Under the pieces are notes generated by a model. The model was not told the DNA's origin, did no database searches, and was given only the letters and a program-made list of their open reading frames with translations. Shown here piece by piece: positions 1 to 10,047 of a stretch of DNA of 64,000 bases. Positions within the stretch are counted from its first letter, which is position 1, and every line of letters starts with the position of its first letter. The DNA is from Candidatus Latescibacterota bacterium (GTDB taxonomy: Bacteria > Latescibacterota > UBA2968 > GCA-2709665), in NCBI GenBank assembly GCA_965203805.1, contig OZ241917.1:2144001-2208000 (forward strand). Direction: 5' to 3'. The position numbers were made by a program, and so were the translations under genes.

Positions 1-3000
1 TTCTGTACCCGGGGGCAAGGGGCACACCTGACGAATCGGCCGCCATAGATAGGGTTATGGTGTAGGCGACACCGGCTTCAAAGGGCATCGCAAACGTCAA
101 GAGGGCACGTTGGCTGGCGCGGTCCAGGACGACTGAGGTCGGGCGTCCGAGGACGGGGGTCACCGAGTAGCCATGAGGATCGGCCGTTTCGGCCGCCATC
201 GGTTCGCTGAACGTGAGTGAAAGCCTCCTCTCGCGCAGGACTTCGACGCGATCCAGTTCCGGAGCCGGGTTGGGGCGAAGGGCATGTGGCGCGGAGCGGA
301 ATTCGTCGCCGCCGGGAAGCGTGGCGACAACCACGTAACGGTAAACCCTGTTTTCGACCAGTCCGGTATCCGTGTAGGTATTGGATTCCAGGTGATCCCT
401 GATGACCGTAAGTGTGTTTCCGTCGACGCCGCGAAGGATGCGATAGGTGGCGCCGCCATCCACAGGCGCCCATGTGAGCCTGGCGCTGTCTGGTCCCAGC
501 GGATGGGCATGCGCAACTTGCAGGACCCTCGTGAAACCTGCCTCGGTACGTTCCATCAGGCGCACGGCGCCATCCCGGTTGTACAGAAGCTCGGCGTACC
601 CATCCTTGTCCAGATCCGCGATGAGCGGACGGGAGGTCAACGATACGGTCCCGTGCCAGAAGGGCTCGTATGAATCCGGCCCGATGGCGCGGACCAGGTA
701 AAGGTCCGGACGCAGGCAGACCGCCAGGTCGGGTATCCCGTTGCCGTCCACGTCGCCCGTTGCAATGCCGTTTCCCGTTGAAAGTACCCCCGAAACCCGA
801 ATCGACCACTCCATAGCGTAGGAGGACGGCCCGTCCGCGCTGTAGATTTCGAGGGTCCAGAACCCGTTGAGCGCGTCGTTACGGTCTTCCGCCGCGCGGG
901 CGACGGCGAATTCCACGTTTCCGTCATTGTCAATATCCGCGCCTCCGCCAACCCATTGGGTGTTGGTGCTGTCGCTACCCGCCAATTGCCAAGGCCGGTT
1001 GTCAAAGCCACCACCCTGCCGGGCTTCGTATATCCACAGGTCGCCGTCGTAGTCGCCCGAAAGAATCTCCTTCCTGCCGTTGTCGTTCAGATCCGCGATG
1101 ACAAACCTGAGGCCGGGCAGGTTGAACCCCTCGGTGGGGTTCGCCAGCCGGGTGGTTTCCACGAAGGCGCCTTCCGGCGTACTCCTCAGAATCAGGATGC
1201 CCCCCGCTTCAGCCGATCGGGTTACGATCTCGTTTCGGCCGTCGCCGTCGACATCGGCGATCTCACCGCCCTCGACCTGCGTCGTATCCAGAAGGGTCTC
1301 GGACGGAAACGGCGTCCCCCCGAAGAGCAGAACATGCGGGAACCTCGTGCCGAGCAGGTCGGTACTGCCATCGTTGTTCGCGTCGCCCAATGCCCATGGA
1401 AGGAATGCCTCGGCAGTCCGGAAGACGGTTGTAAAGCTCCCGTCGTCCCCGCGTTCCATGATCAGGTTCGTGTTGTAGCGACGGCCGCGAGCGTAGGGCA
1501 TCAGCACAATTTCGGGGCGCCCGTCCATATCGAAGTCGGTGGCCTCACTGGCGAGAAACCCGTCGGGCAGCGTGCCGCGTTGAACGAATCCGCGAGACGG
1601 GATACGCATCGGGTTGACCGCAACCGTCCCCGGTTCGGAAACCTCCTCCAGTCCGGCGGCGTCCTGCGCCATAATGCGGTACTCCAGGGACCCGGGGTCG
1701 AGGTCCGGGGGCAGGGTGACGCGGTGGCGGGTGTAGACAATGTCCGAAAAGAGACTGTCTTCCCGCGCGGCTGCAGACGAGCGATAGAGCAGGGCGCCGC
1801 GTGTCGGATATCGTGTGTGCCATTCGGCGCGGTATGCCTGGCGGTTTCCAATGAGGATGGGCGAGAATGACACCTTCGATATGGCCGGAGAGGTCCGTCG
1901 TATGCCGATTCGAACCCGGTCTTCAAGCGTCGTGCCGTCGTTCAGCCGGGCCAGCAGCCGCACGACGGCTGAGGCGCGGGCTGGCGTACCCGGCATCCAG
2001 GAGTGCCTGATGTCCGATCCCGGCGGCCCGCCCGAGAGCCGGATCCAGGTCTGGGGATCTTCTCCCGGGCCCCATAAAAGCTCGTAACCGGCAACATCCG
2101 GACCGGCGGCCCGCCCGATGATATCTACGTTCCGCCAAACGCCGTCGTCCGTTTGAGGCCGGTCGATCCGCACGACGGGAGGGGCGGGCCATCGGGTGAA
2201 TTTCTCCAGCAATATGCCGGCGTCGATTCGGCCGGCGCCGTAGCTGCTGTCCCAACCCTCCGGTCCGAGGTCGATCACGGACGCGATGAGCAGCGAGCGA
2301 ACCTGCTCGGCGGAAAGACCGGGACGGCGTGAGAGCAAAAGCGCCGCCAGTCCGGATATGTGGGGCGCAGCGAAGGACGTGCCCGACGCGCGCCTGTACC
2401 CGTTCCCGGGCACCGTCGTGACCGTGCCGGACCCTGGCGCCACCAGGTCGAGCGGGACGCCCGTGCTGCTGAACGCGGCAATGCGGTCCAGGGGCGCTGT
2501 GGCGCCCACGGCAATGGTTTCATCCATGGCCGCCGGATGGGACAGGCCGGATTCGCCGCTGTTGCCAGCGGAGCTGACGAGAACAACGCCACTCGCAGCC
2601 GCGTAACCCAACACGTCCCGGATGAGCAACGCGCTTTCCGGCCCTCCCCAGCTCATATTGAGGATGTGGGCGCCGTTTTCCACCGCATAGAGTATGGCGG
2701 CGGCCAGGTCGTCTTCTTCCAGAAATGTTAAATCGGACTGCAGCGTCACGCCGGCGCGCAGGCACATCAGCGCTGCATCGGGGGCAACGCCGGCAATGCC
2801 CAGGCCATTGTCTGTCACCGCCGCGGCGACGCCCGCTACGCGGGTGCCGTGGCTGGACTCGTCCATGGGATCGTTGTCGGGCGAAAGGTAGTCACCCTTC
2901 GCCGGAAGCGTCGGGGCGTGGGTGAAGTCCCAGCCGCGTATATCGTCCACGTACCCGTTGTTGTCGTCGTCAACGCCCGGCCTGCCGGATGCTTCGACCG

Positions 3001-3532
3001 TGTTGATCCAGATATTTTCCGCCAGGTCTTCGTGGGTATAGTCCACGCCGGAATCGATGATGGCGATAACGACGCCCTGTTCGGCCGGCGGAAGGCCGTC
3101 CAGCAGGATCTGCCATCTGATCTGTTCCAGGCCGTACTGATCGCTCAGGCGGGGATCGTCGGGCACACCGTGGTGTGAAAACAGGTGAACCGGCTGCGCG
3201 TACTGAACTGCAGGGTGTTCCGAATAGGCGGCCGCGGCTTCCACGGGGCTCGCATCAGCGTCTATTTCCAGACGGTAGACCTGCGCGAATCCCCGGGCGC
3301 GCTTGGACAGGACCGTACGCGTCTGAAACACGGGTTCGGGGGCGCCTGCGCCAAAGCGCACGTGCAGAGCCTCGAGACTTCCGGCAGCTATTTTGGAAGC
3401 CGACGTCTTGAATTTGATGAGAATCTGTCCGGGGGAGTAAGCAGGTTGGGCAGCGGCGGAACGCAGGGCCAGCAGAGACACCAGAAGTTGAAATGTGATT
3501 GATATCGCGCGTATCCGGTTGGTCCGGTTCAA
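1..3532 (-). CDS. Secreted S8 (subtilisin-like) serine peptidase with FG-GAP/VCBS-like repeats; runs off the window start
   Basis: Not in the ORF track. Manual translation from TTG at 3532 (AGGAG upstream) gives a signal peptide, triad motifs VIAIIDSGVD, SHGTRVAG and SGTSFAAPHISG, then repeated D(V/I)DGDG-type motifs. Confidence 0.88.
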   Translation of the reverse strand, partial: MNRTNRIRAISITFQLLVSLLALRSAAAQPAYSPGQILIKFKTSASKIAAGSLEALHVRFGAGAPEPVFQTRTVLSKRARGFAQVYRLEIDADASPVEAAAAYSEHPAVQYAQPVHLFSHHGVPDDPRLSDQYGLEQIRWQILLDGLPPAEQGVVIAIIDSGVDYTHEDLAENIWINTVEASGRPGVDDDNNGYVDDIRGWDFTHAPTLPAKGDYLSPDNDPMDESSHGTRVAGVAAAVTDNGLGIAGVAPDAALMCLRAGVTLQSDLTFLEEDDLAAAILYAVENGAHILNMSWGGPESALLIRDVLGYAAASGVVLVSSAGNSGESGLSHPAAMDETIAVGATAPLDRIAAFSSTGVPLDLVAPGSGTVTTVPGNGYRRASGTSFAAPHISGLAALLLSRRPGLSAEQVRSLLIASVIDLGPEGWDSSYGAGRIDAGILLEKFTRWPAPPVVRIDRPQTDDGVWRNVDIIGRAAGPDVAGYELLWGPGEDPQTWIRLSGGPPGSDIRHSWMPGTPARASAVVRLLARLNDGTTLEDRVRIGIRRTSPAISKVSFSPILIGNRQAYRAEWHTRYPTRGALLYRSSAAAREDSLFSDIVYTRHRVTLPPDLDPGSLEYRIMAQDAAGLEEVSEPGTVAVNPMRIPSRGFVQRGTLPDGFLASEATDFDMDGRPEIVLMPYARGRRYNTNLIMERGDDGSFTTVFRTAEAFLPWALGDANNDGSTDLLGTRFPHVLLFGGTPFPSETLLDTTQVEGGEIADVDGDGRNEIVTRSAEAGGILILRSTPEGAFVETTRLANPTEGFNLPGLRFVIADLNDNGRKEILSGDYDGDLWIYEARQGGGFDNRPWQLAGSDSTNTQWVGGGADIDNDGNVEFAVARAAEDRNDALNGFWTLEIYSADGPSSYAMEWSIRVSGVLSTGNGIATGDVDGNGIPDLAVCLRPDLYLVRAIGPDSYEPFWHGTVSLTSRPLIADLDKDGYAELLYNRDGAVRLMERTEAGFTRVLQVAHAHPLGPDSARLTWAPVDGGATYRILRGVDGNTLTVIRDHLESNTYTDTGLVENRVYRYVVVATLPGGDEFRSAPHALRPNPAPELDRVEVLRERRLSLTFSEPMAAETADPHGYSVTPVLGRPTSVVLDRASQRALLTFAMPFEAGVAYTITLSMAADSSGVPLAPGYR

Positions 3533-3634
3533 TGTCCGGCTCCTGAATTGTGAACTTTCGATAACCTGCAATGTCGATTCACCTTTGTTCTCTCGCCCTT
3601 TGTTATGGACGGGATATCCGCCGGGAGGTTCCGC

Positions 3635-4894
3635 TTATGTCGATGGCCGGTCGGGAAGCGTGCCCGCGCTTTCCCGATCCGGCGTGCCGGGTAGCGCTGC
3701 GACAAGCGCGGCGGAAGGGAGCAAAACAAGGGAGACGCAAGCCAGCGCAAACGCCATGGTTGTAATATCCGCCAGGAAACCGATACCCGGCAGCATGAGG
3801 CCCGAGACGCCCCACGCAAACCCCATCACCAGTCCGGTGGCCGTGCTGGCGTGTTGCGGCAGGATGCGCTGCGCCAGCACGATATTGGTGGTTGCGCCGA
3901 GGTCGAAGATGAACGCGGCAAACAGGAAACAAACCAGCGAGACGGGACCGGAGGTGAAGCAAAAAGCAATGTAGAAGACGGTTGAGCACGCACAGGACCA
4001 CCCCAGAAGCTTGCGGGGAGCCACACGGTCGCCGAGATAACCGCCGGCCAGCCGCCCCAGTGTGGCCGCGATCAGATAGGCGGATAACACCCAACCGATC
4101 CTGGAGATATCCCACATTCTCTCGTGGCCGAGAATGGAGATGAAGCTCACGCAGGCTGCGTGGACCAGAGATCGAAATACGGCGATCGCGTACAGGATCC
4201 AGAGCGGACGCATGGCCGCCGTCCTCAGAAACGCGTAGCTGATGCGGGCCGGCGCTCTGGTACTTTCGGCCCGGATGGCGGTCCTGGACATGCGCAATAG
4301 CACCGCCGAAGCCGCAAGACAGGGAAAAACAACGATCCAGAGTGACTCCAGCCCGAAGCGTGAAATCAACTGAGTTCCCGTTACCGGCGCAATCGCCATT
4401 CCCAGAGGTCCACCGGTCAGGAAGACCGCCATGGCAAAGTTGGATCGTCCGGGTAACGACGTCGTCACCAGACCGCCGGCAGTCGGATGAAAGAGTGACG
4501 AACCGAGAGAGGCCAGAATCAGAAAGCCGGCGAGCACGGCGGCCGTGGGCAGCATTCCGATAACCGAAACGCAGAGGCCGCACGCAAGTACGCCGAGCGC
4601 AGCGAGACGCACCCGATTGGACCGGTCGCCGATATAGCCCATAAACGGTTGCGGGATATTGCCAAAAAGAGAGACGACCATCGGGAGGAGGGACGCTTCC
4701 ACCAGCGTAAGCCCGAACTTGCCCTTGAAGAGCGCCAGCAACGGTGGAAACAGGGTCATGTAGAAGTCGACGGTGGTGTGCGCATACGTAATCAGACAGA
4801 CGCGGAGCAATGGTCGTTTTGTCAGGGACATCGGTGTTCCTGGCGCCACGAAACGGCGCAACTGTGACATGGAGCTGTCGACCCGATGACGCAC
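3635..4894 (-). CDS. MFS transporter (Fsr-like)
   Basis: About 12 hydrophobic segments; GYIGDR and GYLGDR motif-A loops; SSLFHP motif. Confidence 0.85.
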   Translation of the reverse strand: MRHRVDSSMSQLRRFVAPGTPMSLTKRPLLRVCLITYAHTTVDFYMTLFPPLLALFKGKFGLTLVEASLLPMVVSLFGNIPQPFMGYIGDRSNRVRLAALGVLACGLCVSVIGMLPTAAVLAGFLILASLGSSLFHPTAGGLVTTSLPGRSNFAMAVFLTGGPLGMAIAPVTGTQLISRFGLESLWIVVFPCLAASAVLLRMSRTAIRAESTRAPARISYAFLRTAAMRPLWILYAIAVFRSLVHAACVSFISILGHERMWDISRIGWVLSAYLIAATLGRLAGGYLGDRVAPRKLLGWSCACSTVFYIAFCFTSGPVSLVCFLFAAFIFDLGATTNIVLAQRILPQHASTATGLVMGFAWGVSGLMLPGIGFLADITTMAFALACVSLVLLPSAALVAALPGTPDRESAGTLPDRPST

Positions 4895-4906
4895 GACCCC
4901 GCAGAC

Positions 4907-5269
4907 TTACGCGAGACCGGCGCGCTCGATAACGACTTCTCCGAGTTTGTCATGGATGCCCAGCGGGCCGGTGACGCGGAAGGTGACGCGCCGAAAACGA
5001 ACCGCGGCACGTTCAACCATGGCAGGGATGTCGCGGGTGGCGTGGCGGCCGGGTGAGAGCATGTAGGGGTGAACGATGACCTCGGTTGCCCCGTCGCGGA
5101 CACAGGCTTCTACGCCCTCCTCCAACGTGGGCCGGGCGAGTTCCATGTGGGCGATGTGCACGAGAAGCCCCGGCCGTTTTCGGCGCACGATTTCCGCAAC
5201 GGCTTCCAGCATGCGGTTGGCTTCGTCCCGGGTAGATCCGTGATCGACAATCAGAAGGGCTTTGGGCAT
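4907..5269 (-). CDS. Small CbiX/SirB-family sirohydrochlorin chelatase (CbiXS type)
   Basis: VDHGS, AHMELARP and HPYMLSPGRH motifs; 120 aa. Confidence 0.88.
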   Translation of the reverse strand: MPKALLIVDHGSTRDEANRMLEAVAEIVRRKRPGLLVHIAHMELARPTLEEGVEACVRDGATEVIVHPYMLSPGRHATRDIPAMVERAAVRFRRVTFRVTGPLGIHDKLGEVVIERAGLA

Positions 5270-5344
5270 GGCAAATTTACGTTCAGGAGTAGAAGGAACA
5301 ATCTTCGGTTCGTTCCGCTGGCAACGTCTACTCGACGATTCGAT

Positions 5345-8308
5345 TCAATCGTCCCAGCGTCTGAATCCGACGTGGACAACCTTAAACGCGTCGCCTGGTT
5401 CAAAGTCGTAGCGGAACCCTTTCGAATAATCCAGGTTGTCCACCATACCGCGGATAAAATCTTCATCGCCAACTCGGATGAATGTCGTATTGTTTTTACG
5501 CTCGACGCTTCGGATCCGATAGCAGGCATCGCGTTCATTTTCGTTCCGGATGGAAATGTAAGCGCCTGAGAGCGGTCCGTTTGGTGGCGGTTCGGTTGTG
5601 TGGATGACCCCGGGCTCGCGGGTGGAAACGATGCCGGTCCAGGCGGCTTCGGCCAGCCGGATGCCGTGTGAATCGGTACCTAAGACAGTCCCGCCAACGA
5701 GCGTGGCCCATTGCGGACCGTTTTTCGATTCCGCAAAGATTCCGAACCTGCCGTTGAAGCAGATGCGGCCGTCTACGTTGATGCAGCTGTGTCCGTCGCC
5801 GAAAATGACCGTGTGGGTATGTTCGTCCTGCAGGCGGACTCTTAGTGCACGGAAAGCAGGGCCGCCAGGGAGGTCGATCTCTTCAATTTGCACGATATTC
5901 CGGTTTTTCCTGAACGCTTCGATGATGCTCAAATAGCCCGAGTCGAGAGGTTGTTCGCCCTCATGGGCGGCAATGCCGTAGGTCAGACGCCGGGGGTTGC
6001 CGGGTTTGTTGCGTGGTGGATCGCCGTGACAGAGGGCAATCTCGCCAGGGGAGTTTATCAGGTTCCATCGCAGGTGAATGTCGGTCGCAGCACCGTGCAC
6101 GGGTGAGGCGGGGAGCACCTGCCACGTGTCCGCAATGGTCCAGTCGACGGAGACCGTGTCCGCCGGTGCTGCACACCGCTTTACGTCGTAAAGGTACTGG
6201 AAGCCGCTGCCACCATAATTACGAACTTCGCCATCGTAAAATTCCCCAAACTTCACGTCTTCACCCGCGTAGGTGCCTTTATCCTGCGGGTTCAACTCGA
6301 GACCCTCAGTCCTGACGATCCCTTCGGCCGCGTGGAAGAGAAAGTGGTGGGAAGATCCGCCGGAGACCTGGAAAAAATCTGCCACATAGAATTCCGTATC
6401 GGAGATTCGAACCAGCGCGCTGGTGCGGCGGTAGATCGAGCACTGCGGGTAGACGTCAGTCGACGACACGGAGACCACCTGAGCTTCCCCGGTGGTGGCA
6501 TAGAAGTCGACTTTTCCGGAGTAGCCGCCAATCTGTTTGCTGCGATCGACAAGGACCGTGTTGTGGGAGACGGTGTGGCTGGTCCAGCCTGAGCGTTTCG
6601 GCCATACGCGCGCGTGTTCCGGATAGCCCAGATCAGGCAGCAGGTCCAGTCCGTAGGCATAGAGGCCCAGATTCAATCGGTCCGCATGCCCGTGGCCGGT
6701 GTTGCGGCCGTAGTAAAGCCAGAGGGTGCGTTCGGTTTCATCCGCGCCGTCTCTGAGAAGTGCCAGACCATACCCCGACATCAGATCAGAAACGAGACGG
6801 AAGGGTCCCTCTCGCGCTGTCGTCTCTGCCACACGACGCCGGATGGCATCGGGATCCTCGTTGAAGATGCTGCCGTGAATCCGTGTCAGGTCTCCACCTG
6901 CGAGGTGGTGTGCAGCCCTGGCGAAAATGGGATCGCCAAACAGCTCGAGGCCCTCCAGACACTGCTCGACGGTGAGACCGCAAAGGTTGGGGTTACCCGT
7001 CTGGCCGGTGTCGCCAATGTTCGGGATGTATCTGCCCAGACAGATCATGCGGATGTGCCCCAGGAACATCTGCTTGTAACGCAGATACCCCCGGACGTTG
7101 TGACGTGTGTACGAGCGCCGGCATCTGAGAACACGGTCCAGGTCGTTCATGCCCTGCGATTTGTGGAGCCAGCCCAGGCTGTAGGAGGGCGCGGCTTCGG
7201 AACCGATACCGTCCCGGTCGATTTCTCCCGCGAAAAGTCTCGGGATGTGTCCACCGCTCGGTTTTCGACCGCGCAGTTCGCCGGCTTTGAAGACCCAGTC
7301 CAGCCAGTGGTCGGTATCTTCAGCATCCAGGGCGACGGAGAGGACGGCCATCGTGACCTGGTCGCCGGGTTCGTTTCGGGCGACGTCGCCCGCGAGGATG
7401 GCGGCAATGCCCTCGCGGATGATACGATCCTCAATGTGGCGGCACAGTTCGTCCACGGTGTTCTGAGACGATAGACCGTGGTCGATCTGTTTGCGTGAGA
7501 GGAATGTGAAGAGCGGGTCGTCATTCCGCCACGCCGATCTCACGGCGTCAAAACATTCCGTGAACGTGATGAGCAGGCCCGGTTCCCAGATGCGGCCGTA
7601 GATACGCCCCCGGCCGCTCAATCCGTCCGAGTTGAAGAATCCGAGTCCAGCCCAGCAGGACCAGTGCATATCGGGATAGACGTCGGCGATCCTGGCCAGC
7701 AAGATGCCGGCTTTGTGGGCGTACATGGGGTTGCCCGTGAGCACGTATGCCCGCTTCAATCCCTGGCAGGCGGTCTGTATTTCGTTCCAGATGCCATGGT
7801 GTCCGTACACACCAATGAGTTTGAATGATTCTCCGGTGTCGTCGGTCCAGCCGGTACCGTCGTCAACACACCAGCCGTGAAGGGGGTCGTTTCTGTCCGG
7901 ATGTTGGGTGTTGAAGAGCAGGCTGCGGTCGGCTTTGTCGGGATGGAAGAGTCCGTCACGGCCGATGCCGCTCTTGTAGAAAGCGGCATAGTCGTTGCTG
8001 GGGAAACGGCCGCTGCAGTTGGGGCAGATGATCTTCCAGGGGTCGCGGAGAACATCCACTTTGAAGGCACCCCCGTAACGATTTATGCCGTCGCCGCATC
8101 TCGGACACCCTTTGGTGACGCTTGCGTTGGTGCTCCGACCGGTGGTTTGCCCGGCAACCAGGGACCACAGGGCGTCATCGTCGAGATCAAGCCAGCGCCG
8201 GGCACAGTCGACGGCAGCGTCCCGCTCGGCGGCAGCCCAGTTCGCCTGTTCAATGTTGCGGCGTGCGTTGGCGATCCGTTCGGAGGCGATAAAATGTCCG
8301 CCGGGCAT
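5345..8308 (-). CDS. Heparinase II/III-family protein with N-terminal CxxC pairs
   Basis: GHGHADRLNLGL, PDLGYP and SHNTVLVD motifs; start placed at ATG 8308 (ORF is open to 8410). Confidence 0.78.
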   Translation of the reverse strand: MPGGHFIASERIANARRNIEQANWAAAERDAAVDCARRWLDLDDDALWSLVAGQTTGRSTNASVTKGCPRCGDGINRYGGAFKVDVLRDPWKIICPNCSGRFPSNDYAAFYKSGIGRDGLFHPDKADRSLLFNTQHPDRNDPLHGWCVDDGTGWTDDTGESFKLIGVYGHHGIWNEIQTACQGLKRAYVLTGNPMYAHKAGILLARIADVYPDMHWSCWAGLGFFNSDGLSGRGRIYGRIWEPGLLITFTECFDAVRSAWRNDDPLFTFLSRKQIDHGLSSQNTVDELCRHIEDRIIREGIAAILAGDVARNEPGDQVTMAVLSVALDAEDTDHWLDWVFKAGELRGRKPSGGHIPRLFAGEIDRDGIGSEAAPSYSLGWLHKSQGMNDLDRVLRCRRSYTRHNVRGYLRYKQMFLGHIRMICLGRYIPNIGDTGQTGNPNLCGLTVEQCLEGLELFGDPIFARAAHHLAGGDLTRIHGSIFNEDPDAIRRRVAETTAREGPFRLVSDLMSGYGLALLRDGADETERTLWLYYGRNTGHGHADRLNLGLYAYGLDLLPDLGYPEHARVWPKRSGWTSHTVSHNTVLVDRSKQIGGYSGKVDFYATTGEAQVVSVSSTDVYPQCSIYRRTSALVRISDTEFYVADFFQVSGGSSHHFLFHAAEGIVRTEGLELNPQDKGTYAGEDVKFGEFYDGEVRNYGGSGFQYLYDVKRCAAPADTVSVDWTIADTWQVLPASPVHGAATDIHLRWNLINSPGEIALCHGDPPRNKPGNPRRLTYGIAAHEGEQPLDSGYLSIIEAFRKNRNIVQIEEIDLPGGPAFRALRVRLQDEHTHTVIFGDGHSCINVDGRICFNGRFGIFAESKNGPQWATLVGGTVLGTDSHGIRLAEAAWTGIVSTREPGVIHTTEPPPNGPLSGAYISIRNENERDACYRIRSVERKNNTTFIRVGDEDFIRGMVDNLDYSKGFRYDFEPGDAFKVVHVGFRRWDD

Positions 8309-8442
8309 CGGGCACCCCAAAAGACGAAGACTTGAGGTTGTTACTCGAGATGAAGCACAAGTGATGGCATGACGCGCCGTCCCTCTCCCGGCGGGATAGT
8401 ACAGGGCCAACGGGCGAGGCTTTGGTCCGGTCGATTCGAGCG

Positions 8443-9978
8443 TCAGGCCAGATCCCTGAGGACCTCCTGCGCGGCATTGTGGCCTGGAATGCCGCTCACC
8501 TCGCCGCCGGGATGCTGTCCGGCGCCGCAGAGGTACAGGCCCTTATGCGGCGCCCGATATTGTGAGAGTTCCGGAAGCGGCCGATTCCAGAAGAGATGCT
8601 CGCCCGCGTGTTGCACATGCCAGATACACCCGTCCGTCAGGCCGTTCTCCCGTTCGATGTCCAGGGGCGTCCGGAAGATGTGGTTTCGGATGGAAGATCT
8701 GAAGTTGGGCGCGAACTCCGTGATCTGATCGATGATGCCTTCGGCGATCTCCTCCCGGACGTCGTCCCAGGATCCGGTGCGAAGCGTCGCGGGCGCGGGG
8801 TAGATCCACACGGAGGCGGTGTGATAACCCGGCTGCGTGAGTGTGGGGTCCGCGAACGAGGGCATTGAAAAACTGATCACGGGTTTCCGAACGGGCAGGC
8901 CTGCTTCCAGTTCATCGTAGGCCGCGTCGATTTCCGGCCTCGACGCGTGAAGGGTGATCGCACCGCGGTAAGGTTGTTCCGGGTCGCCGTCCCAGTACTT
9001 CCATTGCGGCGCTTCACTGACAACGGCCAGCAGCTTGTAGCAACTCACGTGGGTGATGAGTCCCTCGAGGCGCTTGCGCAACCGGCCGTCGACCGATTCG
9101 GACGGCATGAGCCTGAGGAACGTGCACTTGGGGTCCGGGTTGGAAACCGTGACGCGGCTTCGGACTTCCTTCCCGTTTTCCAGTCGGACGCCAATAACCG
9201 CGTTGTCCTCCACGAGCAACCTCTGCACGCCCGTGTCGAGGTGGATGGTCGCGCCGGCCTCCCGCGCCGCGTCGGCGATCGCGTCGCTGACGGCGCCCAT
9301 TCCGCCTTCAACGTAGCCATAGGGATGGGCTTCACCGGTCTCGGTGTCGGGACGGTTGATGGAACCGTAGGCGAAGTGCAGGCCCAGTGGATTCCGACCC
9401 ACGGCGGCGCCTTCCGAGGCGTGCAGGTCCTTCAGGTGGTCGGTAGAGAGGAATTCTTCCTGCAGTTCGCGGATCCGGGTGGTAACGGCCCGGTCGAGCA
9501 CGCTCGCCGCGGGGGTGCCGGCGATCCGGGAACGCACGTCGTCCAGGGACGGGGGCGCCTGGAATCTGAACGGGGTCACGATATCGGAGAGGATCCGCTT
9601 GAATTCGCCATACCGGCGAACGTCCTCCCGTTCGGCGCCGGTGAGGCGGCTACGGTGGGTCCGGTTTCTGGGAGAATCGTGATCCGAGGGTCCATGATAG
9701 GTGCCATCTGGTCGAAGGCGGATATACCCCTCGCGGGGAAGCATCTTCATTCCGCGTTCGTAGAGTTCCAGATCCCGGATGATTCTTGGGGGCAGGCCGT
9801 GGATCATGTGGGCGCAGGTCGAGAAGTGAAACCCCGGCCAGAGTTCTTCCGTGATTGACGCGCCGCCGACGAAGGAACGACGTTCAAACACACTGACGTC
9901 GAGTCCGGCTCCTGCCAGATAGGCAGCGGCGGTGAGGCCATTGTGGCCGGCGCCGACCACGATAACATCCGTATCCAT
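8443..9978 (-). CDS. FAD-dependent oxidoreductase, phytoene desaturase/PYROXD2-like
   Basis: GAGHNGL dinucleotide-binding motif; C-terminal GLYLCGAGQHPGGEVSGIPGHNAA. Confidence 0.88.
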   Translation of the reverse strand: MDTDVIVVGAGHNGLTAAAYLAGAGLDVSVFERRSFVGGASITEELWPGFHFSTCAHMIHGLPPRIIRDLELYERGMKMLPREGYIRLRPDGTYHGPSDHDSPRNRTHRSRLTGAEREDVRRYGEFKRILSDIVTPFRFQAPPSLDDVRSRIAGTPAASVLDRAVTTRIRELQEEFLSTDHLKDLHASEGAAVGRNPLGLHFAYGSINRPDTETGEAHPYGYVEGGMGAVSDAIADAAREAGATIHLDTGVQRLLVEDNAVIGVRLENGKEVRSRVTVSNPDPKCTFLRLMPSESVDGRLRKRLEGLITHVSCYKLLAVVSEAPQWKYWDGDPEQPYRGAITLHASRPEIDAAYDELEAGLPVRKPVISFSMPSFADPTLTQPGYHTASVWIYPAPATLRTGSWDDVREEIAEGIIDQITEFAPNFRSSIRNHIFRTPLDIERENGLTDGCIWHVQHAGEHLFWNRPLPELSQYRAPHKGLYLCGAGQHPGGEVSGIPGHNAAQEVLRDLA

Positions 9979-10047
9979 AATAAACGTTCCCTTCGATTCA
10001 CGACGACCCCGCCCATGGGGCTGTGTCGGGATGGAGAACAGCGTTGT

